Positions 34,920-43,831 of a stretch of 64,000 bases of DNA are shown piece by piece. The position numbers were made by a program, and so were the translations under genes. A model generated the notes under the pieces. The model was not told where the DNA came from and did not search any database. It was given only the letters and a program-made list of their open reading frames with translations. The stretch's first letter is position 1. Every line of letters begins with the position of its first letter. This stretch comes from an uncultured Verrucomicrobiae bacterium. Its GTDB lineage: Bacteria > Verrucomicrobiota > Verrucomicrobiia > Chthoniobacterales > UBA10450. The stretch spans positions 672,001 through 736,000 of the forward strand of contig CAVTMK010000004.1 in assembly GCA_963735805.1 (NCBI GenBank), in the 5' to 3' direction.

Positions 34920-36038
34920 TCAGAATGCCCATTGACCATGGGCAAATAGCACGGCAAACAACGCGAAAAGCAATAGTGACCAGACGGTAAGCACGCCGGC
35001 CCAAAAACGACTTCTTCCGAGCAGAGCGAAGAGAACGAAAATCGGAAACATCGTTAGCGTGTAACGCGGTACGCTCCGAAAGAAGCTAACACTCGAGTAA
35101 AGAATCCAGGATGCAGTCATCCACATGGTGTAAGCTGGCCGCAGCTTGATCCAGCTAATGATCATACACACAAAGCCGAGCCCTACGAAAAACAGCTCCT
35201 GTGTGCCCACCATCTCCGCTTCACCGGGAGTTGGGTATTGAGCCCAAATTGCCTGGCGAATTCCCGCCAACGGTGAGGCGAACGACTGTTCGAATATCGT
35301 CTTGCGCGTTTGCAGGAAGGCGAATGGATCTCCGCTAACGCTCCAGTTAATTAGCAAATATACTGCAAAGCCAGTCGGCACGATCGCAATCCAAAGCCAT
35401 CGCCACTTCCAGCGACGCTCTCGCCAATATTGCTGTGTTGCTTCAACAGCTAACGTGGGAACCAAAACAGCGCCCGGTGCACGGCTCATCCAACAAAACG
35501 CACCAAGCACTCCCGCCAACCACCATCGATCAACACGGGCTGCGAAGATACTAGCCAATGCAAGAGCCAGAAAAAGGCCTTCGCTATAACCAATGTGAAG
35601 AAAATATGCGGTCGGAAAAATTAGAAAAAACCATACGCTGCGCATCGCGACGCTCGCTGGATAGTCAAGCTGGACAAGTCTGCGCAGCAGGATCGCTGCG
35701 ACAACGGAAGCCATGCCAGAAACGATGAGTCCAGCTGCGAGGTAACTCTTAGTGAAGTAAGCAACCACACGGAGCAACCATGGAAACAAAGGATAAAACG
35801 CTGCGGATCCGTCGGTGCCGCTGTATCCAAATTCTGCAATCTTCTGGTAATATCCGAAATCCCACTGACCCCATATTTCGAACCACTGCTGTGGATTCGT
35901 TATATACTTATCCCACAGCACCCCCTGGCTTGTCGCGCCGAAATAGAACAGCAGTACCTTGATAGCCAGGACCCAACCGATCACGATCCAATCTTCCCGT
36001 GGCAAAAAAGAAACGATTCGCGTCAAGCTCCTCATCAC
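34920..36038 (-). CDS. PIG-V-like mannosyltransferase family (GT-C)
   Basis: W.QWD..YY..IA..GY, AFYPLFP, FPTA.FL...YSEGLFL, S.PRY....FP. Confidence 0.8.
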   Translation of the reverse strand: MMRSLTRIVSFLPREDWIVIGWVLAIKVLLFYFGATSQGVLWDKYITNPQQWFEIWGQWDFGYYQKIAEFGYSGTDGSAAFYPLFPWLLRVVAYFTKSYLAAGLIVSGMASVVAAILLRRLVQLDYPASVAMRSVWFFLIFPTAYFLHIGYSEGLFLALALASIFAARVDRWWLAGVLGAFCWMSRAPGAVLVPTLAVEATQQYWRERRWKWRWLWIAIVPTGFAVYLLINWSVSGDPFAFLQTRKTIFEQSFASPLAGIRQAIWAQYPTPGEAEMVGTQELFFVGLGFVCMIISWIKLRPAYTMWMTASWILYSSVSFFRSVPRYTLTMFPIFVLFALLGRSRFWAGVLTVWSLLLFALFAVLFAHGQWAF

Positions 36039-36300
36039 TTCTTATCGTAAATCCTATCGCAACAGCTGGCGTCGTCGACCGGCTCAGAGGTTTCGGATTA
36101 AGTGCCGCAAATGAAGCGGTAATTCAACTCGCGAGAAGTGAACGCCCGGTGGCAGTGGACTGAATAGCGTCGCCGGGGTGAGTGAGAGCGCTGTCGTCTT
36201 CTGCCCGGGTACGCGAGAGGAAATATGGGGAACTGGGCTGACTAAGGTTGCAAAGAGGAACACGTCCGGAGCATTTGCAAGCGCCGACTCTTTTCGGCCT

Positions 36301-36672
36301 TTACCTCTTAAAATCTAATGCGCCTTTCCGGACTGCGTAAACGTATCCCACCATAAGGATCATGATGAAGCTCAGCATGCTCCAGAAAATAACACTGCTC
36401 TGCCTGATGGCGTCGCGATACGCAACCGCCCACGGGTACATGAAGACGATTTCGATGTCGAACAGAATAAAAAGCATCGCCACCAGGTAAAACTTCACGC
36501 TGAAGCGCGGTTGGCGTTCACCCTGGGGAATCATACCGCATTCGTACGGGGTATCCTTAGCTAGCGTACGTTTCCCGCTTTTGCCTACCACCACACTAAC
36601 AATCAATGCGGACGCGGCGAAGAGGATGGCTACGATGATCTGCAGGAGAACTGGCAAATATTCGCGCAGCAT
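36301..36672 (-). CDS. nuoA: NADH-quinone oxidoreductase subunit A
   Basis: K..PYECG, RFSVKFYLVAMLFILFDIE..F.YPWA; three TM helices. Confidence 0.95.
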   Translation of the reverse strand: MLREYLPVLLQIIVAILFAASALIVSVVVGKSGKRTLAKDTPYECGMIPQGERQPRFSVKFYLVAMLFILFDIEIVFMYPWAVAYRDAIRQSSVIFWSMLSFIMILMVGYVYAVRKGALDFKR

Positions 36673-36707
36673 CCGGAATTCCCTCGTAGGAGCTGAGCTT
36701 GGTTCGG

Positions 36708-37019
36708 TTATTTTACACCAGCTAGATGGCCATTCTGCTGGGCAATCGCGCTGGCCAAAGCCGAAGGCAACCCCTTGTATTTCTTGCCATTCTTCTTAAC
36801 CGCGCCTCGCGCCACGAGATTTTGCAATTTCTCGTAAGCTCGCAAGCGCAGCATTTCCTCGCCACCGCTGGCAGCGTTCCGGGCGCGAAGGTTCTCGTGC
36901 ACGATGTCGAACAATTGCTTAAATTCGAACGACGAACGCCGTGAGAGGACAGCGACCAGCTCCTCAGTTACCAGATCAGGAACGCGACGGGAGAATGCAT
37001 TTTTCTTTAGAATAGCCAT
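36708..37019 (-). CDS. Small basic hypothetical protein
   Basis: 103-aa Lys/Arg-rich helical ORF in the same orientation as nuoA, SGGEEMLRLRAYEKLQNLV.RG.VKK. Confidence 0.7.
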   Translation of the reverse strand: MAILKKNAFSRRVPDLVTEELVAVLSRRSSFEFKQLFDIVHENLRARNAASGGEEMLRLRAYEKLQNLVARGAVKKNGKKYKGLPSALASAIAQQNGHLAGVK

Positions 37020-37207
37020 AGAGCGAGAAAGATAGCATGTTTTGGCCAAACTGCAGCACTTTTCTTGCGTGTCGGAATTCCCAAAAGAGTGCCGAAATGG
37101 CGCAATTGATGGCGCCTGGCTGCGGAAGCCGCCTAAAAGCGAATATTGCTTGGATTGTAAGATCTAGCGGGGCGCTCCTGTGCAACAATCCCGCCGTTGT
37201 AACCTAC

Positions 37208-38998
37208 CTACGGCGTAGGGGATGGGCTACTTACTGCCGGCTGAGGCGTCGCGCTCGACGAAGGCAGCAGACTGCTGAGTCCGGCGCCTGTCGGGTGTCC
37301 TGTCGCCGTACCTAAACTGCTAAGTATAGCAAGGCCGATGGCCGCTTGATCCAAGGTAATAGGTCCCATCGACTCGGCCACATAGCCGTCACGATCGTAT
37401 CTTTGCGACGAGACTATCGGGCTCAAGTGCTTCGTAATCACCTCTGACGATGGAAGCTTGGCTAGATCCACCGAACGAGTTATCGCCGGCATAAACGCTG
37501 CCGCCATTAGCAACATGGGACGAAGAGAAGCATCAAGCCGCGAGTATAACAACGCGGTATCAACGTATGAGAAAAAGTTCGTAGGCGCCGGCAGCAAACG
37601 CTCGGCTGCCTTGTAAGTTTGCGAATCGGCGAGTTCCGAGGACTTACCGGCGCCGCGCTTTACTGCCTCTTCTACCGAAACGGGATTGAAACCGGCGATG
37701 AGAATCCGGTCAGATAAAGCGATTGTGGGAGTAATGGCGACAAGTGTGGCCGCCGATTGCTTCGAAAAATAACGCACACCATCTTTCTCTGTTTGTGTCC
37801 ACGTAGCTCCTTCATCCGCGCGTGTAAATGCCTCGATGATCTTGCTCGCACTGGCCATGTGTTGCACTGGCAGGGTCAGGAGTAAGGATGGCCAATGTGC
37901 GCTTGATGGCCAATCCGCCACTGCTCCCAGCTCGATCCCAAACGCAGCTTTCCAATCATCGGCTGCGATTCCGCCGGTGGTTAAGTCCTGAAAAATCTTC
38001 TGCACCGCGCCGCCCAGCGGAGCAGCCTGACCGAGTGTTTCCATCTTTTCCCCGAGATTAAGCAGCATTGCCAGGTAAAAAAACGTCTCTTTTGTTCCCA
38101 GGGTCAGGGATGACCGGTTCAGCGTGGCATCATGCTCGAGCTTTGGCATTCCGAGAAAAAGCACGTCGCGAATCTTCCCGTTCTCCAATCGCGTGGTCCC
38201 GGCAGCGCACCGCATTTTCTCGAGCATCGTAGTTTCTCCCGAAGCGGGGCTTAACCGGACGGCGGCACGTAACGCGGCAAGCCGTTCGGAAAATGTCTTG
38301 GGCTGGAGATAGAAGAACACCGCATAATTAGATGTCCGGTGCGAGACGGCCAAGCGATACGCTTCGTCCTTTTCGAGCGTTTCCTCTGCACTGGTCGCGC
38401 GATGGTCGACGCGATCGAGCAGTGCCTTTAGTTCTGTCACGTTTGTAGCCGCGAAAAACCACGGTCGATCAAACGTCGTTGCGAGAGTAAACGGAGCCGC
38501 GTCGAACAGGTCGATTTCGTGCCGCTTATATTGAAGTTTGTCTTGCTTCGTGCCGGCACGTTGTTCCAAAAGCGTCGCGCGCCACTTGCCGATGATGCTC
38601 TCAGCGTCCTCCTGGCTGCCGCGAAAACGGAACCCACCCACAACGCTCGGAGCGCTATTGTCGATGGATGTCAAAGCTAAGAAGGCGTTTTTTGGGTCGA
38701 GCTGTTGGATCTCCTGCAGCGTTTGAGCCCCAAAAGCCTTGGGGGTGTTGGGAATGTTGCTCAGCGGCTTGCGCAAAAAATCCTGCACCGCTGGTTCGCT
38801 GTACAACTGATAAATATCCGATTTACGCCACTCATTGCGTGTCCGATTAAAGTCCGGTATGTGCGCAAAGAAAATTGTGTCTCGCGGCAGAAGCGCGGCT
38901 ACAGGAGCGCTCGAAATCTGCTGGGAAAGCTTCCAGTAGTACCAACCAGCGCATGCGGCGACAGCGACCGCGATGATCAACAACAGAATTCGTCTCAT
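37208..38998 (-). CDS. Membrane-anchored exported hypothetical protein (DUF3352-like)
   Basis: N-terminal TM anchor, A.LLP..T..F motif, C-terminal SSPSPTP tail. Confidence 0.65.
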   Translation of the reverse strand: MRRILLLIIAVAVAACAGWYYWKLSQQISSAPVAALLPRDTIFFAHIPDFNRTRNEWRKSDIYQLYSEPAVQDFLRKPLSNIPNTPKAFGAQTLQEIQQLDPKNAFLALTSIDNSAPSVVGGFRFRGSQEDAESIIGKWRATLLEQRAGTKQDKLQYKRHEIDLFDAAPFTLATTFDRPWFFAATNVTELKALLDRVDHRATSAEETLEKDEAYRLAVSHRTSNYAVFFYLQPKTFSERLAALRAAVRLSPASGETTMLEKMRCAAGTTRLENGKIRDVLFLGMPKLEHDATLNRSSLTLGTKETFFYLAMLLNLGEKMETLGQAAPLGGAVQKIFQDLTTGGIAADDWKAAFGIELGAVADWPSSAHWPSLLLTLPVQHMASASKIIEAFTRADEGATWTQTEKDGVRYFSKQSAATLVAITPTIALSDRILIAGFNPVSVEEAVKRGAGKSSELADSQTYKAAERLLPAPTNFFSYVDTALLYSRLDASLRPMLLMAAAFMPAITRSVDLAKLPSSEVITKHLSPIVSSQRYDRDGYVAESMGPITLDQAAIGLAILSSLGTATGHPTGAGLSSLLPSSSATPQPAVSSPSPTP

Positions 38999-39145
38999 AA
39001 TGGCCACTCGGCGCGGATGCTCGATACTCGATGCTCTATACCTGATCAAACGCAAACTTAGTCGAGTGTCCGGAACGTCATGATCATTTTTGTGTCACAT
39101 ATGTAAAACACCTACACATGGGCTCGCCGCTCCAAAGGATGAAAA

Positions 39146-40036
39146 TCAGGCTCGGGGATGAAATTGGCGATGTACGGCTTTCAATCGCTGTTGATCGACA
39201 TGCGTGTAGACTTGCGTCGTCGAAATGTCGGCGTGCCCGAGCATTTCCTGGATAATTCGCAAATCGGCGCCGTTCCCCAGCAGATGTGTCGCGAAGCTGT
39301 GCCGCAATAGGTGAGGGTAAATGTTCTGTTCCAGTCCGGCGCGGCTTGCATGCTTCTTCACGATCTGCCAGATACGGACGGTTGTTAATTTCGTGCCGCG
39401 CTGGGAAAGAAAAATTTCGCTGCTGCTACGGTGCTTCACAAGTTTCGGCCGCTCCGTGGACAGGTATGCCGCCAGAGCCTCGCACGCTTTGCGGCCCACC
39501 GGGACAAGGCGGGTCTTGTTTCCCTTGCCGGTTACGCGTACCACTCGCTCTTCGAAGTTGAAATTCTCGAGACGCGCGTTTGCCAGCTCCGAAATACGCA
39601 GACCGCTCGCATAAAGCAACTCGATCATTGCCCGGTCGCGTAATCCGTGGAGAGCCTTCGTGTCGATCTTTTCCAGGAACTGCTCGATTTGCAATTCGTT
39701 CAGCGTTTCCGGGAGGTAACGCTCGATCCGGGGGAGTGCGAGTGCGCCAGCCGGATCGCGCTGAACCTCACCTCGAGCGACCAGGAACCGGAAAAATATC
39801 TTCAGCGCCACTACGATGAGTTTGATCGAAGAAGCGGAGAGCCCCGCGCGTTTGCGATCGGCAAGATACTCGCTAATCAGTGACAACGTCACCGCACGTG
39901 GATCTGCGATTTTCTTTCTGGTGGCACACCAGCGCGCAAATTCTCCGAGGGATCTTTGGGTGGACAGCTGATAATTTTCAGAAAGACCACGCTCGATTGC
40001 GAGGAAACGGATAAACGACTCAATTGCGCCTTCCAT
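39146..40036 (-). CDS. xerD: Tyrosine recombinase XerD/XerC family
   Basis: ERGLS.N, RDRAM.ELLYASGLRISEL, GKGNK.R.VP, HLLRHSFATHLL, LGHA.ISTTQVYTHV, FHPRA end typical of XerD. Confidence 0.88.
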   Translation of the reverse strand: MEGAIESFIRFLAIERGLSENYQLSTQRSLGEFARWCATRKKIADPRAVTLSLISEYLADRKRAGLSASSIKLIVVALKIFFRFLVARGEVQRDPAGALALPRIERYLPETLNELQIEQFLEKIDTKALHGLRDRAMIELLYASGLRISELANARLENFNFEERVVRVTGKGNKTRLVPVGRKACEALAAYLSTERPKLVKHRSSSEIFLSQRGTKLTTVRIWQIVKKHASRAGLEQNIYPHLLRHSFATHLLGNGADLRIIQEMLGHADISTTQVYTHVDQQRLKAVHRQFHPRA

Positions 40037-40045
40037 TTTCCACAT

Positions 40046-40103
40046 TGTAACGGCAGACGTGTTGCCTGCAAAATCCACTGTAGCGGAAGGCGCGTCGCCC
40101 GCG
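40046..40103. repeat. Two tandem GTAG-type REP-like copies upstream of xerD
   Basis: TGTAACGGCAGACGTGTTGCCTGC and TGTAGCGGAAGGCGCGTCGCCCGC, 33-nt period. Confidence 0.55.
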
Positions 40104-40210
40104 AAAGAATCGAAAACGCAGCCCGACAGTCACCCCAGGCGGATTTTTGCAAAACACCCGGTTGCGATATTATTGACAAGGCAACCTTAAGTGTTCGATG
40201 TTCAATTACG

Positions 40211-40963
40211 ATGAGTTTGGACCTCAATACCATCCTGAAAGATTGGCCGCATGAGAACGGCAGCATCAAGGTGCGAAAGATTGCCGGTCTCGATGGGCGC
40301 GAGAAGTTACAACTGCGGGTCGATCTCGGGGTGTTGCAAATGGAATTGGCCGGACGGCCCGATGGCCGGCGGCCGCATAACTGTGAATCGCTTCTGGAAT
40401 ATCATCAGAGGCGTGCGGCTCGTGCCCAAGCCAAGGGTGAAACCTACGAGCTCACAGCCGAGCAATGCGCAGAGCTTCAACAGGAAGGCATCCAATATTA
40501 TCATCGTTATCTGAGCTTGTTTCAGATCAATGATTTCGACGGTGTAGTGCGCGATACGCAGCGCAATCTCGACCTTTTCAGCTTCGTCTCCGAGCATTCA
40601 GATCGTGAGGAATTTTCCTGGAGCCTTCAACAGTTCCGTCCTTACGTGCTCATGATGAATACGCGCGCCAAGGCCTCCATTTTTCTCGGTCAGGGTAAGT
40701 TCGCTGAGGCGATAGTTGAAATTGAGCGTGGCCGTGACGCGATCGTGGATTTCTTGCAACAGTCGAACTTTTCGGAGTTGGTGTCGAAGAGTTCCGAGAT
40801 CGCGTTTCTTGACGAATGGCTTGAGGAAGTGAAGTCGAAGCGTCCGCTTTCAAAGCTGGAGATCATGCGGCGCGAGATGGAAACGGCGATCGCGAAGGAA
40901 CTTTACGAGCGGGCTGCGGAGTTGCGCGACGCGATCAAGTTGTTACAAGCGAAAAAGCATTAG
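40211..40963 (+). CDS. UvrB/UvrC-motif-containing protein
   Basis: LQLR.DLG.LQME..GRPDG.RP N-domain; C-terminal UVR coiled coil M..AI..E.YE.AA.LRD.I. Confidence 0.85.
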   Translation: MSLDLNTILKDWPHENGSIKVRKIAGLDGREKLQLRVDLGVLQMELAGRPDGRRPHNCESLLEYHQRRAARAQAKGETYELTAEQCAELQQEGIQYYHRYLSLFQINDFDGVVRDTQRNLDLFSFVSEHSDREEFSWSLQQFRPYVLMMNTRAKASIFLGQGKFAEAIVEIERGRDAIVDFLQQSNFSELVSKSSEIAFLDEWLEEVKSKRPLSKLEIMRREMETAIAKELYERAAELRDAIKLLQAKKH

Positions 40964-41096
40964 CATCGCAGCTTCTCGCTGACTGGAACTACTGTCCCTG
41001 GGGGGACCGCCCTTTCGGCACGGTCGTAAGACTACGTCGGCAAACAAATTTTAAATCCCTTGCCCCGTCGTGGGCGCCGCCTGAAGTTTCTCTCTT

Positions 41097-41963
41097 ATGG
41101 CTACACAACTATCCCAATACGCACACCCGGACGCGCTCGTGGAGACCGATTGGCTCGAGAAACATCTGAAAGACGAAGGAATCCGAATTGTGGAGTCGAA
41201 TGAAGATGTTCTCCTTTACGATACAGGACATATCCCTGGCGCGGTGCATATCGATTGGCGCGCTGATCTGCAAGACCCCCTGATTCGCGACTATATTTCA
41301 CCAGAAAAATTTGCGGAGCTTTGCAGTCGTAACGGAATCACACCAGATACGACCTGCATTTTTTACGGAGATAAGGCCAACTGGTGGGCCTGCTACGCAC
41401 TCTGGGCCTTCCGGTTGTTCGGACACGAGAAAGTGAAAATTCTCAATGGCGGCCGTGACAAATGGGCAGCCGAAGGCCGTCCCATGACACGTGATGTACC
41501 CAAGTATTCAAAGACAAATTATCCATTGCCTGGGAAACGATTCGACAAGGAAATTCGCGCCTTCTTCGATGAAGCGCTGGCGCAAAGTAAAAGCGGCAAA
41601 CCACTGATCGATGTGCGCTCGCCAGGCGAATACAAGGGCGAGATCACGCACATGCCCGAGTATCCGCAGGAGGGCGTGTTGCGCGGTGGTCATATCCCCG
41701 GGGCAAAGAGCATGCCTTGGAAAACAGCGACCAACGATAATGGCACATTTAAGCCGGCTTCAGAACTCGCAAAAATCTATTTCGATCAATGCGGAGTCGG
41801 GCCGGAAAAGGAGACAGTTGTTTATTGCCGAATCGGAGAGCGTTCCAGTCACACATGGTTTGTGCTTACCTATCTCCTGGGACTAAATAACGTGCGGAAC
41901 TACGACGGTTCCTGGACTGAATGGGGCAACAGAGTATGCGCCCCGATCGAGAAGAGCGCGTAA
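41097..41963 (+). CDS. Sulfurtransferase (two-domain rhodanese, SseA/CysA type)
   Basis: GHIPGA twice, YCRIGERS active-site loop, [10 protein letters not shown]. Confidence 0.93.
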   Translation: MATQLSQYAHPDALVETDWLEKHLKDEGIRIVESNEDVLLYDTGHIPGAVHIDWRADLQDPLIRDYISPEKFAELCSRNGITPDTTCIFYGDKANWWACYALWAFRLFGHEKVKILNGGRDKWAAEGRPMTRDVPKYSKTNYPLPGKRFDKEIRAFFDEALAQSKSGKPLIDVRSPGEYKGEITHMPEYPQEGVLRGGHIPGAKSMPWKTATNDNGTFKPASELAKIYFDQCGVGPEKETVVYCRIGERSSHTWFVLTYLLGLNNVRNYDGSWTEWGNRVCAPIEKSA

Positions 41964-42014
41964 GAGAATAGAGCGGTAAGCTGAGCGGGGCATGCGCGCT
42001 CTTCAGACTTGTGT

Positions 42015-43712
42015 TTAAACGCGTCCGCTTTTTATCAGCAACTCGTGGACAATCCGCATCCGCTTTTGTTCTTCGCGGGTGGAACTCAGTTGTGCAATCG
42101 ATCGCTGCATTCGCCGGGTCCAATTCAAGTTTGCCTTTGTCCCCGGCACATTGAAACGGTACTTGTGCGCTAGCAGATCGGTGATCATAACGATGGCAAT
42201 CCACGACTCGCTTTTGAAAAGAGCTTCCATGATCGCCGGGTAGAAAGGTTCTTCGAAGTGGATCTGGCTAACTGTTGGCTGGAAACCGGCGAAGACGGCG
42301 ATCTTTGTCAGATCGACCCTCGATTGTTCCGAGGTGGCTGTCGGATGTTCGAAGACTTCTTCCCATAACGCGCGGATGGGTTTGTGATCGTGGGTGGCGT
42401 ATGTCGCAACGGAAAGCCGTTCATATTTTTCCCCCGGCGTGATTGCGCCATCGCGCACTTCCCATTGCGGGATTTTGAATCCAGCGATGCCTAGCGAGCG
42501 CAGGTTTGGACGCATGTAATCGGGCACCATGCCAAGGTCTTCACCAACCACACATGTGGAGCCGGCCTCTTCCAAAACAATGCGCAGGAACTCTTCGCCA
42601 TCGCGTTTATTTGCTTCGCGGTTTTCTGCTGTTTGGTCATCACGCGGAATGAAATGCGGTGATCGGCCACCGGTTTGTTCCAGCATCTGATTCCATTCGA
42701 GCGGGAGGAACTGATTATTCTTACGTGGCCGCCATGGAAAGGCATAGATACGGTAAAACCCGAGCACGTGATCGATGCGAAAGAGATGAAAAATGGACCG
42801 GACCGCCCGCACCCGCTCACGCCACCAGGCGAAGTTGTTTGCGCGCATTTTTTCCCAGCGATAGACCGGTATACCCCAGTTCTGACCCCATTTTTGTGTA
42901 AAGGCATCATCCTTAAAATACGGCTCGGGAGGCGCGCCTCCCGACCACTCCAGCATGAATTCGTCCCGTAGTGTGAAAACGTCGGAGCTACGATAACTCA
43001 CGCCAAATGGAATATCGCCCATCAGCGCGATGTCGCGCGATTCAGCATACGATTTGATCTGGCGCCATTGGTTATGCGCGATCCACTGGACATAGCAGAA
43101 GAAATTTTGCCGGTCACTAATGACGGTCTGTCGATCCTGTGGCAGATCGTTCAGCCAGTTTCGGGCTTTCTCCATTGATTGAAATTGCGCCGGCCAGCGA
43201 TTCCAGGCTGGGCTGTCGTCATTTTCCTCCATTAGGACCCGAAAAAATGCATAATCGCGCAGCCACATGGATTCTTCTGCGCAGAATTTCTGAAAAGCAG
43301 CGTGCCGACCCACGCCAGCCTGAGCAGAGAAATTGGCGAACGCTCTCTCAAGGAGACGTCGTTTCAGCTTTTTGACCTGGCGATACTTGATTGTGCCGGT
43401 GCGCAGCGTCGGAAGGTCGATATCAGTAAGCGCGATATCAAAGTCTTCCCGCGTTAGATCTTGCGGCGAGTTTGGCGCAAGGTGCACGGTCGTCGGATCA
43501 ATCGCCATCGCGCTGATGGCGTTGTATGGGCTGTTGTCGGCCCCCGTTTCGTTGATGGGCAGGAGCTGGATAAGCTTGAACCCAATTTCCGCTGCCCAAT
43601 TAATAAATTCCCTTAGCGCGCCAGTATCGCCGATTCCCAAATCGCCTTCTCCTCGTAACGCGAACAGCGGGACAAGAACGCCAGCGATCTTCTTTTCAGG
43701 AGAGAGATTCAT
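42015..43712 (-). CDS. malQ: 4-alpha-glucanotransferase (GH77 amylomaltase)
   Basis: GIGD, IQLLPIN, SPY..IS, GDIP, GQNWG.P.Y, RIDH..GF, GEDLG, THD, N.PGT....NW. Confidence 0.94.
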   Translation of the reverse strand: MNLSPEKKIAGVLVPLFALRGEGDLGIGDTGALREFINWAAEIGFKLIQLLPINETGADNSPYNAISAMAIDPTTVHLAPNSPQDLTREDFDIALTDIDLPTLRTGTIKYRQVKKLKRRLLERAFANFSAQAGVGRHAAFQKFCAEESMWLRDYAFFRVLMEENDDSPAWNRWPAQFQSMEKARNWLNDLPQDRQTVISDRQNFFCYVQWIAHNQWRQIKSYAESRDIALMGDIPFGVSYRSSDVFTLRDEFMLEWSGGAPPEPYFKDDAFTQKWGQNWGIPVYRWEKMRANNFAWWRERVRAVRSIFHLFRIDHVLGFYRIYAFPWRPRKNNQFLPLEWNQMLEQTGGRSPHFIPRDDQTAENREANKRDGEEFLRIVLEEAGSTCVVGEDLGMVPDYMRPNLRSLGIAGFKIPQWEVRDGAITPGEKYERLSVATYATHDHKPIRALWEEVFEHPTATSEQSRVDLTKIAVFAGFQPTVSQIHFEEPFYPAIMEALFKSESWIAIVMITDLLAHKYRFNVPGTKANLNWTRRMQRSIAQLSSTREEQKRMRIVHELLIKSGRV

Positions 43713-43729
43713 CAAGTCCACGTGATCTT

Positions 43730-43821
43730 GTCATGTCGAGTGAAATCGAGACATCTCTGATTACTTCGTTTTCTCAAGCGTTAAGAGATTGCTCGACTTC
43801 GCTGAACTGCCCGCGGATGAC
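43730..43821. repeat. Imperfect inverted-repeat element GTCAT...ATGAC, same family as 10577-10656
   Basis: GTCATGTCGAGTGAAATCGAGACATCTC ... GAGATTGCTCGACTTCGCT...GGATGAC. Confidence 0.6.
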
Positions 43822-43831
43822 AATTGCCTAA

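Noticed and set aside
36039..36300. ncRNA, tRNA or att site at the edge of the accessory block
   Set aside because: No cloverleaf, riboswitch motif or direct repeat matching the other boundary (22100-22190) could be seen
37030..37100. Sigma54 promoter upstream of the small basic protein
   Set aside because: GG-to-GC spacing is 9 rather than the required 10
39080..39112. dif site next to xerD
   Set aside because: Only a partial XerD-arm resemblance (ATATGTAAAAC) and no XerC arm
39146..40036. Prophage or island integrase
   Set aside because: The sequence is typical chromosomal XerD and the neighbours are housekeeping genes
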